Counted from the stretch's first letter, positions 47,356 through 57,868 are shown. The stretch: DNA of 64,000 bases from a bacterium (GCA_040390065.1 JAZJZE010000009.1:474930-538929); one strand, 5' to 3'. The notes: generated by a model from the sequence alone, not told the origin. Numbers and translations: made by a program.

Positions 47356-48229
47356 TGGGCCAGACCTCCACGGATTCGCGCTCGGGGCCCTTCTTCACCA
47401 TGACGTGCACCTCGTCGCCGACGTTGACGGAGTCGATCGACACGGGGATGCGGGCGCCGCCCTGCGCGACCACGTAGCGGTTGCCGTTGCGGTCCTCCTT
47501 CACGGTGGCCCTGTGGAAGACGAGCATGCGCACGAAGTCTTGCACGAACGGGTGCGGGTTGCGCATCACCGTCTCCGGGTCGCCTTCCACCACGACCTCG
47601 CCCTTGTTGAGCACGACGACGTGTTTGGCAAAGAGGAACGCCTCCTCCTGGTCGTGCGTGACGAGGATGGTCGTGAGCCGGAGGCGCTGGATGATCTGGC
47701 GTACTTGGTGGACCAATTCGACGCGCGTCGTGGCATCGAGGGCCGTGAAGGCTTCGTCGAGAAGCAGCAGGCGCGGCTCGACGGCAAGCACGCGTGCCAG
47801 GGCGACGCGCTGCTGCTCGCCGCCGGACAAGGTCGCCGGCATGGCGTTGCCCTTGCGTTCCAGCTTCACCAATGCCAGGAGTTCGCCGACCTTCTTCTGG
47901 ATCGCCACCGGGTCCATGCGGCGGATCTTCATGCCATAGCCGATGTTCTCGGCCACCGTCATGTGCGGAAACAGCGCGTAATTCTGGTACACGATGCCGA
48001 CCTTGCGCTTCTCGACGTGTGTGAGGGTGACGTCTTGGCCGTCGAAGTAGACGCGGCCGTGGTCCGGGATGAGCTCGCCCAGGATGCAGCGCAAGACCGT
48101 CGTCTTGCCACATCCCGACGGCCCGACCAGGGACACGATGGAACCAGGCCGCACGTCGAAGCTCACACCTTTCAGGATCTTCTTCGTGCCGAGGCGCTTG
48201 TGGATGTCCTCGATGCGGACGCGGGTCAT
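47342..48229 (-). CDS. ABC importer ATP-binding protein
   Basis: GPSGCGKT, LSGGEQQRVA, LLLDEAF, VTHDQEEA. Confidence 0.93.
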   Translation of the reverse strand: MTRVRIEDIHKRLGTKKILKGVSFDVRPGSIVSLVGPSGCGKTTVLRCILGELIPDHGRVYFDGQDVTLTHVEKRKVGIVYQNYALFPHMTVAENIGYGMKIRRMDPVAIQKKVGELLALVKLERKGNAMPATLSGGEQQRVALARVLAVEPRLLLLDEAFTALDATTRVELVHQVRQIIQRLRLTTILVTHDQEEAFLFAKHVVVLNKGEVVVEGDPETVMRNPHPFVQDFVRMLVFHRATVKEDRNGNRYVVAQGGARIPVSIDSVNVGDEVHVMVKKGPERESVEVWPIAAT

Positions 48230-48379
48230 GCCCCTCCGCGCGAGCCGAGTGCCAAAGCCGTGCTCATCTGCACCGCCACACGGGTCGCGTCCAAGATAAG
48301 GCTGCCGCGGTGGGCAACAATCCTCCGTCAGGGATGAAACGCGGATGGGCCGCGGAATCCGCGGCGCAGCCGGAGACCG

Positions 48380-48958
48380 TCAGACCTGGCCGGAGCCGTA
48401 GTCGGAGGCCATCTTGCGCTGCTCCGCGCGCCCCGTCTCGGGGTCCTTGAGGCGGCGGCCGTCGAGGACGAGTTGCGCGCCTGAGGGGCCGAAGGCCTTG
48501 ACGCAGCCGAGGTCCGGCTTGTCCGTGGCCAATTGGGGGCCTCCCTTCATGCCGATGACCTTGGCGCGGATGTAGTCGCCACAGGCGTATTCCTCGCGCA
48601 CGTCCTTGATGTAGCGCGCGTCGATCTTGCTGACGTGCAGCGTGCCTTCGACCTGCTGCAGGATGGAGCGGCCTTCCTTGCCGCGCACGGCGAGGATCTT
48701 GACGGAGGCCAGCGTCTCGGGTTTGATGTAGGTCACCATGCCGATGACGACGTCTCCTTTCTCGATGGCGGCCACCGACTTGCCGGCGGGCTGCACGGAG
48801 AGGGTCATGGTCTGGGGATCCACTTGCTGGGTGCCGTAGACGGCGGCGCGGATCTGGGTGCCATCGTCGTAGGTGCCGGCGCCTGCGAGGAGCTCCTCGG
48901 AGTAAGCCAGCGGCGTGCCGGGTTCCACCAGGGTGCCGGGCTTGTCGTTCTTGTCCAT
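48380..48958 (-). CDS. csl4: Exosome RNA-binding protein Csl4
   Basis: PG..L...EE...G.GTY N-terminus, S1 domain, GDYIRAKV, terminal RKMASDYG; Zn-ribbon cysteines replaced. Confidence 0.88.
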   Translation of the reverse strand: MDKNDKPGTLVEPGTPLAYSEELLAGAGTYDDGTQIRAAVYGTQQVDPQTMTLSVQPAGKSVAAIEKGDVVIGMVTYIKPETLASVKILAVRGKEGRSILQQVEGTLHVSKIDARYIKDVREEYACGDYIRAKVIGMKGGPQLATDKPDLGCVKAFGPSGAQLVLDGRRLKDPETGRAEQRKMASDYGSGQV

Positions 48959-49080
48959 TGCGTCGCCGACGGCCAGCCGCTTTAAAACCGTCCGCTTGGG
49001 CGCCATAGGCCATGGCTGTGCCGTGGACGGGCCGGCCACCAAGACAAGGGAAAAATAGCTCGGCGCAGAAACAATGTCCC

Positions 49081-49434
49081 ATGGTGCGCAAGCGCCGCCC
49101 TGAACTCCAGACCGCCCTGCAGCGCCTTGGCGCCAAGCGCGTGGAAGCCGTGCTCGTGTCCCTTCTTGCCCAGGAAGGGGAACTGGGCACCAGGCAAATC
49201 GTCGAGACGAGCGGCCTGCGTCAACCCGAGGTCTCGGTCGGCATGCGCGACCTGCGGCGGCGCGGCTGGGTCGAGGCAGACGCCATCGCGGGCCACGGCA
49301 AGGGTCGGCCCATGCACCGCTACCACCTCGCCGTCTCGCCGGCCGTGCTGAGGCGGCACTACGAAGAGCAGGGCAAACGCACGGTGGCCGACTTCGAGCA
49401 GGCGCTGCGCCTCGTACGCAAGTCACTGTCCTGA
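49081..49434 (+). CDS. Archaeal winged-helix transcription regulator
   Basis: SGLRQPEVSVGMRDL...GKGRP...Y. Confidence 0.8.
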   Translation: MVRKRRPELQTALQRLGAKRVEAVLVSLLAQEGELGTRQIVETSGLRQPEVSVGMRDLRRRGWVEADAIAGHGKGRPMHRYHLAVSPAVLRRHYEEQGKRTVADFEQALRLVRKSLS

Positions 49435-49439
49435 TTCCT

Positions 49440-50120
49440 TCACGCCGTGAGGGTGCGCACGCCACCCGGCTCCGCGACGTAGACTGCACTGCACAAGCCA
49501 AGAAACAGGCCGCACGTGACGACACCTGGGAACGTCTCGAGCTGCACTTCGAGGCGCTCCGGGTCATCGATTCGCGGCCACTTGGCATCGAGGATCGGGT
49601 TGCCGTTGTCGGTCAGGATCGTCTGGCCGGTGGCGTCGCGCCGCAGACGGACGGCCGCGCCCAGTTCCTCCAGGTGCATCTGGACAGGGCGCTTGCCGAA
49701 GTCCAGGACCTCCACCGGCAGCGCGAACGTGGAGCCGAGATGCTCGACGCGTTTCGAAGGGTCGGCGACGACGACCATCTTGCGGCTGACGCGGGCCACG
49801 ACCTTCTCGCGGCTGAGCGCACCGCCGCCGCCCTTGATCAGCCGCAGCCGCGGGTCGAACTCGTCCGCGCCGTCGATGGTCAGGTCGACGCGTGGCGTCT
49901 CGTCGAGCGTCGTGAGGCGGATGCCAAGCGAACGAGCCAGGGCCTCGGATTGGCGGCTCGTCGGGATGCCCACGAAATCGAGGCCCTGCTTGGCGCGGCG
50001 GCCGAGCGCCTCGATGGTGAACTTGACCGTCGAGCCCGTCCCGAGGCCGACCACCATTCCGGGGCGCACGAGATCCGCTGCGGCCTCGCCGGCTTGGCGT
50101 TTGAGGGCGTCCTTGTCCAC
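49440..50120 (-). CDS. rpiA: Ribose-5-phosphate isomerase A
   Basis: GLGTGST, DGADE, IKGGGGAL.REK, TDNGN.ILD, GLF. Confidence 0.96.
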   Translation of the reverse strand: MDKDALKRQAGEAAADLVRPGMVVGLGTGSTVKFTIEALGRRAKQGLDFVGIPTSRQSEALARSLGIRLTTLDETPRVDLTIDGADEFDPRLRLIKGGGGALSREKVVARVSRKMVVVADPSKRVEHLGSTFALPVEVLDFGKRPVQMHLEELGAAVRLRRDATGQTILTDNGNPILDAKWPRIDDPERLEVQLETFPGVVTCGLFLGLCSAVYVAEPGGVRTLTA

Positions 50121-50187
50121 GCCGTTGCATGCCCGCGCCGCGTTTGGGGTTGCCGCTTGACCGGCGGACGCAACCTTCAAGCGCCGC

Positions 50188-51642
50188 ATGCCCGGTCGCG
50201 GCGTCGTGCGCCTCCACTGGCCCGTCGTTGCGATGGCTGGACTCATCCTTGCCGGTTGCTCCGCGCCCGCGACGACAACCATGTCGGATGGGCCGGATTC
50301 CATGGTCGTTCGCCACGCGTTCGCCAACGCGACGACACCCAACGCCGCCCCAGACGGCTTCGGCTCCGAGCCGTCCATCCTCGTCGCCAAGGACGGCGCC
50401 ATCTACTTCACCACGGTCCTCGGGTCGGCGCCGCCGTACGACCAGCCGACGCAGGTCGCCAACAAGCGCGGCGACGGCCTCTTCGTGACGCGTGACAACG
50501 GCACGACGTGGACGTACCTGGGCAAGGCCGATTATCCGTTTGGCGGCGGCGATTCCGACCTCGACGAACTGGGTGACGGGACTCTCCTTCTCACCGGGCA
50601 ATGGCGGCCGAGCGCCATTCCGTCCCTGCCCGCCGTTGGCGCGCCCTACGTGACTGGAGGCGAATCCGTGTCGCGCTCGGCGGATGGCGGCAAGACGTGG
50701 ACGGCGTTCCCCACCGCGGGGTACCTGCCCGACGCCGACCGCAACTGGCTCGCGGTGCGCGACCCCAGCACGGTCTTCCTCGTCTACAACGACGGCGTTG
50801 GCGGACTCGAGGTCGGAAAATCCACGGACGGCGGCAAGACGTGGCTGCCGCCCGTCGAGGTGGCGGGCACATCCGGCGGCCCGGCCAACGGCCCGAACGG
50901 CATCGCGGGGGACGCGGTCGTCGACGCCAATGGAACCTTGTACATCCCCTATGGGCCCGGCCCGGGTGGCGGCACCGTGCAACGCGTCTACACCTCCTCG
51001 GACGGCGCGGGGAGTTTCCAGGAACACATCGTGCACGCGACGCCGTCGGGCGAGACATCGGGCGCCATCTTCTCGACGATTGCCGTCGACACGGGTGGCG
51101 AACTGTACTACGCCTGGGCGGAGACCCAGGGCGGCGCCATGCGCATCTTCGTCAGCCACTCCGAGGACAAGGCCGAGACGTGGGGAAATCCCATCGTCGT
51201 CTCGCCGCCGGGAATGAGCGCGGCCTTCCCATGGGTCGTGGCCGGGTCGCCGGACCACTTGGCCGTGGCCTACGACGCGGCGCAGGGGACGTTCAAGCCC
51301 GACGACGCGCCCGCCAACACGACGTGGAAACCGATGGTGTCCTTCGTGGACGACGTCCACACGGGCGCAGCCGACACCGTGGCCGTGACCGCCACGCCGA
51401 ACCACGTCGGGCCCATCTGCACCGGCGGCACGGGCTGCACGTCGGGCCGCAACCTCGGCGACTTCTTCGAAATGGGCCGCGACAAGTGGGGCCACGTCGT
51501 CGTCGTGTGGGCGGATGACACGGGGGAGGCTCGCACGAACCACGCTGCGGTCCAAGCCATCGGCAGCCTGACGCAGGACATCGAGTGCCCCGCGGCCCAG
51601 CACGACGACCGCTGCCGGCCCGCACGAGCGGCAAGCGGGTAG
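50188..51642 (+). CDS. Asp-box/BNR (sialidase-like) lipoprotein
   Basis: LAGC lipobox; TRDNGTTW, SADGGKTW, STDGGKTW; GSEP, DRNW, HVGPICTGG..C...LGDFF. Confidence 0.75.
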   Translation: MPGRGVVRLHWPVVAMAGLILAGCSAPATTTMSDGPDSMVVRHAFANATTPNAAPDGFGSEPSILVAKDGAIYFTTVLGSAPPYDQPTQVANKRGDGLFVTRDNGTTWTYLGKADYPFGGGDSDLDELGDGTLLLTGQWRPSAIPSLPAVGAPYVTGGESVSRSADGGKTWTAFPTAGYLPDADRNWLAVRDPSTVFLVYNDGVGGLEVGKSTDGGKTWLPPVEVAGTSGGPANGPNGIAGDAVVDANGTLYIPYGPGPGGGTVQRVYTSSDGAGSFQEHIVHATPSGETSGAIFSTIAVDTGGELYYAWAETQGGAMRIFVSHSEDKAETWGNPIVVSPPGMSAAFPWVVAGSPDHLAVAYDAAQGTFKPDDAPANTTWKPMVSFVDDVHTGAADTVAVTATPNHVGPICTGGTGCTSGRNLGDFFEMGRDKWGHVVVVWADDTGEARTNHAAVQAIGSLTQDIECPAAQHDDRCRPARAASG

Positions 51643-51705
51643 CGTGCACCTTGGATGCGTCCCACGGAACCGACGTACTCCAGCGGGTGTTCAGCGGGAA
51701 TGGCA

Positions 51706-53133
51706 TCACAACGTGACCGCCGGGCGGCCACATGGGGCGCAGTCGAACCGTGAGCGGCCTGGAAGAGGCGATGGTGGGCAACGATCGCTTGGACAGCCGG
51801 TCGCATACAGCAGGAACCCCGTATGAGCCTCCATGATGCGAAGGGACAGAGCCGATGTGCCGGTCCTCAAGGCGCATGAAAGAAGCGATTCAGGAACCTG
51901 GAGAACGCCGCCGACCGTGATGCGCGGGACGTCGATGGCCGCGCCGTCAAAATCCAATTCCAGCCTTTCCGAATTGGCCATCTCCGCGCAGGGCGCATAA
52001 AAGACCGACAGGGTCACCATGCCCAATCCCTTGCCGGCCAGTTGGGGTGGGGGGCCGGCGTCGCCGCGAGTGAGGAAATACGGCTGGGCAGCATCGGCGG
52101 GGGCCGTAGGCCTTGGCACTTGAACGAGGAAACGGATGGATGACATGTCGGAATCCATGACCTGGATTTCCCAATTGTATTGGAACTCATGCCTGAGGGA
52201 CCCCTGGCCCACGGTCACTTGGTCTCCGTAGGCACGTGCCCGCACGACGGTCGAGTGAGGATGCTGCTCGAAGAAGGCCGGAATTGTGCCGTCGCAGCCG
52301 AAATCGATGGCATGGCAATGATGGGCGAACCGCAGGGCATCTTCTATTGACACGGGCATCGCGTTGGGTTGTCCGCCAGGCGGGTGGTCTGCATACGTCT
52401 CGAGAGGGCCCGCGCCGGGGGCATCCCAGAGCGATGCGATGGATGGGTCGGCCTGGATTCCTGAATCCGCGTTCCTCGCAACCGAGACCAATGCCCAAAT
52501 GTAACGTTCTTCAGGGTGCCCGCCCCGTTCCTGCTCCCTGACAAGGGACAGGGGGACCACGAATCCAGGCGCAAACGAGTAGAGGTACGAGACGTTGAGC
52601 AAGGAGCCTTCCTTCTCGAAGGTGACCAGGAGCCGCCAGTGGAGGGCATCCAGCACCTCCACCGAGACATCGTAACCCACCCAGGTCGTTGCGTAGAGTT
52701 GACCAGGGACAAGATCGACTTCACTGAAGCGCATTGGCAGAAACGGCAGAAAGGCTTCTACGCTTGGCCACTGGGTTGGCGGATAGAAATTCCCCGGCGT
52801 ACCGTTGATCGCATAGGCCAGGATTTCCATTGAATGTTGGGCGAAGTAGTAGGACACGACGTCTGGACCCCTTGTCGCGTCCACTTCCACGGCCGTCGCG
52901 TTATGGCCGTGTACGTCCATCACGGTTTTCTGGACACCGACAAACCGCCATTCCGCGTCTATTGCAGGAGAGGTCAAGAGACTCAGCGGGCCGCTTGCAT
53001 GGGCAGCGCTTGTGACAGAAAACCTAGGCAATCCGGCCACAAACACATCGGTACCGGACTTGCCTCCCGAGCAGCCGGAGAAACCAGCGAGAAGGAGGAG
53101 CAGGAAGAAAAGGAAGACAACGCGCCTAGGCAT
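51706..53133 (-). CDS. Hypothetical lipoprotein (atypical composition)
   Basis: MPRR + hydrophobic stretch + FSGC lipobox. Confidence 0.65.
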   Translation of the reverse strand: MPRRVVFLFFLLLLLAGFSGCSGGKSGTDVFVAGLPRFSVTSAAHASGPLSLLTSPAIDAEWRFVGVQKTVMDVHGHNATAVEVDATRGPDVVSYYFAQHSMEILAYAINGTPGNFYPPTQWPSVEAFLPFLPMRFSEVDLVPGQLYATTWVGYDVSVEVLDALHWRLLVTFEKEGSLLNVSYLYSFAPGFVVPLSLVREQERGGHPEERYIWALVSVARNADSGIQADPSIASLWDAPGAGPLETYADHPPGGQPNAMPVSIEDALRFAHHCHAIDFGCDGTIPAFFEQHPHSTVVRARAYGDQVTVGQGSLRHEFQYNWEIQVMDSDMSSIRFLVQVPRPTAPADAAQPYFLTRGDAGPPPQLAGKGLGMVTLSVFYAPCAEMANSERLELDFDGAAIDVPRITVGGVLQVPESLLSCALRTGTSALSLRIMEAHTGFLLYATGCPSDRCPPSPLPGRSRFDCAPCGRPAVTL

Positions 53134-53147
53134 GGATGCCCGCACCC

Positions 53148-54326
53148 CTAGACGGGGGAAAAGAGCACGCTCGATCCTTGCGCGAGGACGACCGCGTCGA
53201 ACGGGGGCTGCGAGTGTGCCGTCCATACGACATCGTCAAATGACCACGCATACGGCCCGACAACCGGCCCTTGCCGTGCCGTCTGGATGTGGATCATTCC
53301 GGTTCCTGTCCCGGGCAAGTCGACAATCCAGTGATTCGTGCCGTCCCTGAGCAGGCTCAGGTCGCCGTCGACCGGCAGGGTGCGGGTGGCACTGTCTTGC
53401 TCTTGGGCCGCAGCCCACGTGTTGTAGTCCGTCATGCCGGAGGAGACGTCGCTGGCAAGGCCCGCATCACACTTGATTGATCCCGCTCCTCCCGAGTTGT
53501 CGAACCAATCATTGTAGCGAATGGGCCCATACGTGCGGTGGGGAACATGGAACGTGATGCTGGAACGCTCCAGAAAACCAAAGGAACCCCCGCGGTAGGT
53601 GACGTTCTGCGTATGGGCGCTGATGGTGAAATCGTACCAATAGATGTCTCGGGATGGATCGTACTTGCAGTCCGCCGACGGCTGGGAGTCCAATTCCACA
53701 ACTGGACTGGCGGATCCTGTGTCAAACGAAGCCAGGGCAGCAGGCGTGCCCTTTTTCCAGCACGGGTTGTTGAACACCAGGGCAATCTCGAACTCGGCGT
53801 TTCCGTTCAGGCCCGGCCCGAGGTTCGTGCTGTCCGCATTCCCGGCTTGCTGGTCTGGGTCGCATAGGGGTCCAAGTCCGGGCGGAAAGCAAAAGGCGGG
53901 AATGGCCGTCGCATGGGTGACAGCAAGTCCCGGCTGCCAAGATTGCGTAACGGTATCGAAGTACTGTATCTGGCTGACGGCCTGGCAACCCGTCCAAGGC
54001 CCGCAGTAGGGGGAGACGGGATGCGCGGTCGTGCTCCCCCCCGCCGGCGCCGCGAACGTTTCCTGGCGGACGTCACGACCACTCGATGTGGACGAAGTCC
54101 AATCAATCGTCGTGGTGACTTTCCAATCGGTCGACGACGTGTCGGTGCCGGAGGCCGTCGCAGTCCAAGACATGCCGGTGTCGGTGGCCGAATCACAGCC
54201 TCCCACCGTAGGACGAGCGGCCGCCGTCCCCATTGGCTGGACCAATGCCTGAGTGCCGGGCAGGATGGGGGATGTGGACATCACAACGAGAACTAGTCCA
54301 ATCAATGCGAGCAGGTGTCGGGCCAC
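53148..54326 (-). CDS. Secreted Cys/Thr-rich hypothetical protein (atypical composition)
   Basis: Signal peptide ending TQA; scattered Cys; beta-rich. Confidence 0.65.
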   Translation of the reverse strand: MARHLLALIGLVLVVMSTSPILPGTQALVQPMGTAAARPTVGGCDSATDTGMSWTATASGTDTSSTDWKVTTTIDWTSSTSSGRDVRQETFAAPAGGSTTAHPVSPYCGPWTGCQAVSQIQYFDTVTQSWQPGLAVTHATAIPAFCFPPGLGPLCDPDQQAGNADSTNLGPGLNGNAEFEIALVFNNPCWKKGTPAALASFDTGSASPVVELDSQPSADCKYDPSRDIYWYDFTISAHTQNVTYRGGSFGFLERSSITFHVPHRTYGPIRYNDWFDNSGGAGSIKCDAGLASDVSSGMTDYNTWAAAQEQDSATRTLPVDGDLSLLRDGTNHWIVDLPGTGTGMIHIQTARQGPVVGPYAWSFDDVVWTAHSQPPFDAVVLAQGSSVLFSPV

Positions 54327-54388
54327 AAATCCAATCTCCACGGTGCTTCGAAGCACCCGTTGCTCGGGGCGGATCGGGTTATTTGGAT

Positions 54389-54398
54389 TAGGTACCTA
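54389..54398. promoter_or_regulatory. Perfect palindrome TAGGTACCTA, candidate RHH operator
   Basis: In an AT-rich divergent spacer that has further CCTA copies. Confidence 0.35.
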
Positions 54399-54452
54399 TG
54401 ACTCATTTGTTCCTAACCCTCCTTTTTCCTAGGCCTCCCGGTGCAACGCTTC

Positions 54453-54650
54453 ATGCCATCCCGGCGCTACACAACCCTGGCCCTCCCCAACGCGCTTGTA
54501 CAGCGCGTGGACGCATTCGTCCAGGCGAATGACTGGGGGTACCGAAGCCGTGCCGAAGTTTTCGCAGCGGCTGTCCGGGATTTCTTGAAGGCACACGAAG
54601 TAAACCGACCGTCCGGGACGCCGGAAAGGCCTCCCGCTCCGCGGCGGTAG
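54453..54650 (+). CDS. CopG/ribbon-helix-helix regulator
   Basis: YTTLALP..L...VD.....GYRSRAEVFAAAVRDFL. Confidence 0.8.
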   Translation: MPSRRYTTLALPNALVQRVDAFVQANDWGYRSRAEVFAAAVRDFLKAHEVNRPSGTPERPPAPRR

Positions 54651-54714
54651 TCCGATTGAATCCTTCCGGAGAAAGGGAGGACGGATTCCGGGCGGGCTGC
54701 GCCTCCTCCGGCCT

Positions 54715-55338
54715 CTACGGAACGCCAGGAGCGTGCGTCGCGCGTTCATCCACCGGCACGACGAACTTCAGCGCGGTGTGCGAGGCAGAGATGCGCGCCA
54801 CCTTGATGTCCTTGAGGCCGGCCGCCCGGCCGGCAGCCAGCACGTCCGATTCCCGGATGTCGCGCTTTCCCTTGGGGTAGATGACCCACACTCCGCCGGT
54901 GTCGCCGATGCGGCTGCGCGCTGCGGCAAGGCCATCGAGGGCCGCGACGTCGCGCACACCGAAGAACAGGAGGTCGACGGTGCCGCCCGTCCGTGGGATG
55001 GTGGCGGTCTTGCCGAGTTCGTTCTCCAGGGCGCGCGGGACGGCGCCGGTGGTCGCAACGCGCACGCCCTCCTTCACGCCGAGCTTGTCCATGAGGCTTG
55101 GCGGCTTGCGGATCTTGTTGGCGAGCCGGTCGACCTTCTGGCCGAGCGGGAACTCCATGATGAGTCCGTCCACGCGCAACCGCAGGATGCCTTTGGCCGT
55201 GGAGACGACATCGATGAGCTTGTAGGCGACCTCGCCGCGCCGGCCGCCGCTGAAGGTGACGTGGTCGCTTGCGAAGTCGCCCTTGACGTTGACCTTCTGG
55301 CCGCCGACGGTGACCGTGCCGGCGACTTCGTCTCCCAT
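54715..55338 (-). CDS. DUF3052-like protein with N-terminal beta domain
   Basis: LMDKLGVK, VDLLFF, GGVWVIYPKG, AGLKDIKV. Confidence 0.65.
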   Translation of the reverse strand: MGDEVAGTVTVGGQKVNVKGDFASDHVTFSGGRRGEVAYKLIDVVSTAKGILRLRVDGLIMEFPLGQKVDRLANKIRKPPSLMDKLGVKEGVRVATTGAVPRALENELGKTATIPRTGGTVDLLFFGVRDVAALDGLAAARSRIGDTGGVWVIYPKGKRDIRESDVLAAGRAAGLKDIKVARISASHTALKFVVPVDERATHAPGVP

Positions 55339-55378
55339 GGCTGTTGCCAGGGCGGACGGCTACTTGGAGTGAACGCCG

Positions 55379-55861
55379 CTAACGGCGCATGGGGCGCTTG
55401 GCCGGCGTGCCGTGTTCCGGGGAGGCGTGCGGCGGTTTCCCCAGCCAGCCGATGTCGGCGCCGAGGAAGTCCAGGATGTCGACGGCGAGTTGGCGGTACC
55501 CGCCCGGCGCCGATGGCTTGCTGAAGAATGCCGTGGCGTCCGCCATCATGGACTCGGCCCGGTCGTCGGGGTCCGTCGACGCGGTCAGGATGATGATGGG
55601 CCAGCGCGCCAGATTGCCCTCGTGGCGGATGCGGTCGACGAGGTCGATGCCCGACATGCCCGGCAGTCCGATGTCGACGACGGCAAAACGCGGCCACAAC
55701 GATCGCGGTGAACGCAGCATGGCGTCCACGCTGGCCCACGCACCGGCGGCGTCGCCCTGGATGTCGAAGCGGTCGGTGTACCCCGATTGGCGGAATGCCT
55801 CCGTGAGAAGGCGCTGGTGCACCTTGCTGTCCTCGACGATGAGGATCAGGGGCTCTTCCAT
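55379..55861 (-). CDS. Single-domain response regulator (REC)
   Basis: IVEDS, VVDIGLPGMSG, ILTAS, FSKP; CTTAAG ~26 nt upstream. Confidence 0.88.
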   Translation of the reverse strand: MEEPLILIVEDSKVHQRLLTEAFRQSGYTDRFDIQGDAAGAWASVDAMLRSPRSLWPRFAVVDIGLPGMSGIDLVDRIRHEGNLARWPIIILTASTDPDDRAESMMADATAFFSKPSAPGGYRQLAVDILDFLGADIGWLGKPPHASPEHGTPAKRPMRR

Positions 55862-55909
55862 GGCAACGGTGAGAACGGCCGGGGCCCTTAAGCGGTTGCC
55901 GGCCGCCAC

Positions 55910-56548
55910 TTATGAGGACGCGACGGGGACGGGGGGCCGCGGCACGAGTTTCAGGGCGGCGTGCCGGCTCGAGACCTGGAGTTCCAGTTCGCCATCGAGG
56001 TCGAAGTAGAGACCCGCCTTGGCGACGGCCTCCGTGCCGATCTCGCGGTGCCCACGCGGGTACACGACCCAGAGCGTGCCGCCGGATTTCAGCGTCGCGA
56101 GGCAGGCACCGATGGACGCCAGGCTGCGTTCGTCCGAGACCCCGACCACGAGCATGTCGACGCCGGCCGGGGCGCGCACGGCTTCCTGCAGGCGCCGCCG
56201 CCGCAACAGCCGATACACCCACGCATCAGGCAAGCCAACGACCGCGACGGCGTCACCCTGGCGCGCGCCAAGGACTTCCAGCGGGGACGGGGCGTCTTCC
56301 ATCTTGCGGGCAAAGCGGCGGGCGCGGCGCTGCTCCTGCATGTCCATCTTGGCTTCGCCGTCGGGGAAGCGGATGTGGATGTACGACCCGTACTGCCAGA
56401 CTTCCGTGACGTCCGTGTATGGTAGGCGGCCTTCAGCGCCGGGGGAGAACGTGATGGCGTAGCGGCCGAGCGTGGCGTGCACCGACTCCGTCGTCCCGCC
56501 ATGGGTCCACTCGGTGCGTGCCCGGAAGGCCACGGCCTCGGACTCCAC
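55910..56548 (-). CDS. DUF3052-like paralog
   Basis: LEVLG, VDMLVV, GGTLWVVYPRG, HAALKLV; colinear with 54715-55338. Confidence 0.6.
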   Translation of the reverse strand: MESEAVAFRARTEWTHGGTTESVHATLGRYAITFSPGAEGRLPYTDVTEVWQYGSYIHIRFPDGEAKMDMQEQRRARRFARKMEDAPSPLEVLGARQGDAVAVVGLPDAWVYRLLRRRRLQEAVRAPAGVDMLVVGVSDERSLASIGACLATLKSGGTLWVVYPRGHREIGTEAVAKAGLYFDLDGELELQVSSRHAALKLVPRPPVPVASS

Positions 56549-56603
56549 CTCCAGGTATATGGGCTTCGCGGAGACGGACGGCCGACGCCGAAACGTGCCG
56601 CGG

Positions 56604-57230
56604 TCAATCCTTTGCATTGCGCGCATCAGAGGAAACGGGGGCCTGCCGGCGGTCCATCCACCATTGGGCGACGGCGATGGCGTGGTTGCCGTGGTACCAG
56701 TGCGGGCCCAGGCTGACGCGCTGCGCCCCGGCCGCCTCGATGGCGCGATATTCGGCCGCGCTGAACGGCACGTGGTCGGAAAGAAGCAGGATAGGGTCTG
56801 CCGGCGGCATCCAGGAATCGATGGCGGCCCCGGCGGGGTCGAGCAGCACGAACGTCCCCTTTCCCTTGAGGTCGACAAGGAGCTCCTCCAGGCCGAAGGC
56901 CGCGACGGACAGGCCGCGCTGCACCTCCTTCCAATCGGGCACGGACCATGACGCCTTGAGGGCCTGCTGCAGGCGCGCCGCCGTGGAGCGCTCGTCCGGG
57001 TTGAGCATCTGGATCTTGGCGCCCTCGATGCGCACGGTCTTCTGGCGCACTGGGCTGCGGGCAAAAACGGCGTAGGATTCGACGTCCTCGCGCAGGCCGT
57101 GGCTCAGGAAGAACGCCGCTTGCATGTTGCGGCACAGCACGTCGACGCGGCCCGCCGCGGCCGATAGTTCGTTCAGGCTCCAGTCGCCCGACGATTCACC
57201 GGTGTGCGAGACCGTGACGAAGCGCCGCAT
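56604..57230 (-). CDS. trmY: tRNA (pseudouridine54-N1)-methyltransferase
   Basis: MRRF, GRVDVLCR, FFLSHGLR, PDERS, LSDH, SLGP.W.H. Confidence 0.9.
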   Translation of the reverse strand: MRRFVTVSHTGESSGDWSLNELSAAAGRVDVLCRNMQAAFFLSHGLREDVESYAVFARSPVRQKTVRIEGAKIQMLNPDERSTAARLQQALKASWSVPDWKEVQRGLSVAAFGLEELLVDLKGKGTFVLLDPAGAAIDSWMPPADPILLLSDHVPFSAAEYRAIEAAGAQRVSLGPHWYHGNHAIAVAQWWMDRRQAPVSSDARNAKD

Positions 57231-57868
57231 CAGCCCACCGGACGCGCCCAGGCGCCGAGGTCCGAGAGGCGAACCAGCAGGCCATCGGCGTTGGGGCTCG
57301 TCGGGGCGGGCGGCCCGTCCTGCTCGTCGACAAGGAACGTCTCGGCGCCGGATACCCAGAGGTGCCGCGTGGTGAAGACCCGGTCGCAGCAGTCGGCCGT
57401 CTGGCGGGTGGCGGGGACCGTGGCTGGCGCCATGGCCTGAAGGTCGTCGCGGATGGCGGACAAAGCATCTGGGCCCATCATGGCCATGCGGGCGTCGGCC
57501 ACGAGGTCGCGCCCGCAATCGATGGTGCCGTTGCGGCCGAGCGAACGAGCAGCCACCTCGAGTGCTTGCTGCACCTCGGCCGCGCACCAGCCCGTGCGGC
57601 CCGCGACGCCCCAGGGTTGGCCTTGCAGCCGCAGGACCGTGCCGTCCGAGAAGACGAGCACGCCGCTTGCGCCCGAGCTCCAGCCCGCGATGCCGCCCGC
57701 AGTCCGGTTGACGACGGCGGCGATGATGGCGCCCTGCGGGACGCCAGATGGGACGGCGGCGGCGTCGGGGATGAGGGAGCCGTCGGCGAGGCGGCGAACG
57801 CCGGTCGGTTCGGACGTACAACCGGCCAGGATGGGGACGAGGAGGACGGCGACGACGACGAGGCGCAC
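57230..57868 (-). CDS. Hypothetical lipoprotein
   Basis: ILAGC lipobox; TGATG-coupled to trmY. Confidence 0.65.
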   Translation of the reverse strand: MRLVVVAVLLVPILAGCTSEPTGVRRLADGSLIPDAAAVPSGVPQGAIIAAVVNRTAGGIAGWSSGASGVLVFSDGTVLRLQGQPWGVAGRTGWCAAEVQQALEVAARSLGRNGTIDCGRDLVADARMAMMGPDALSAIRDDLQAMAPATVPATRQTADCCDRVFTTRHLWVSGAETFLVDEQDGPPAPTSPNADGLLVRLSDLGAWARPVG

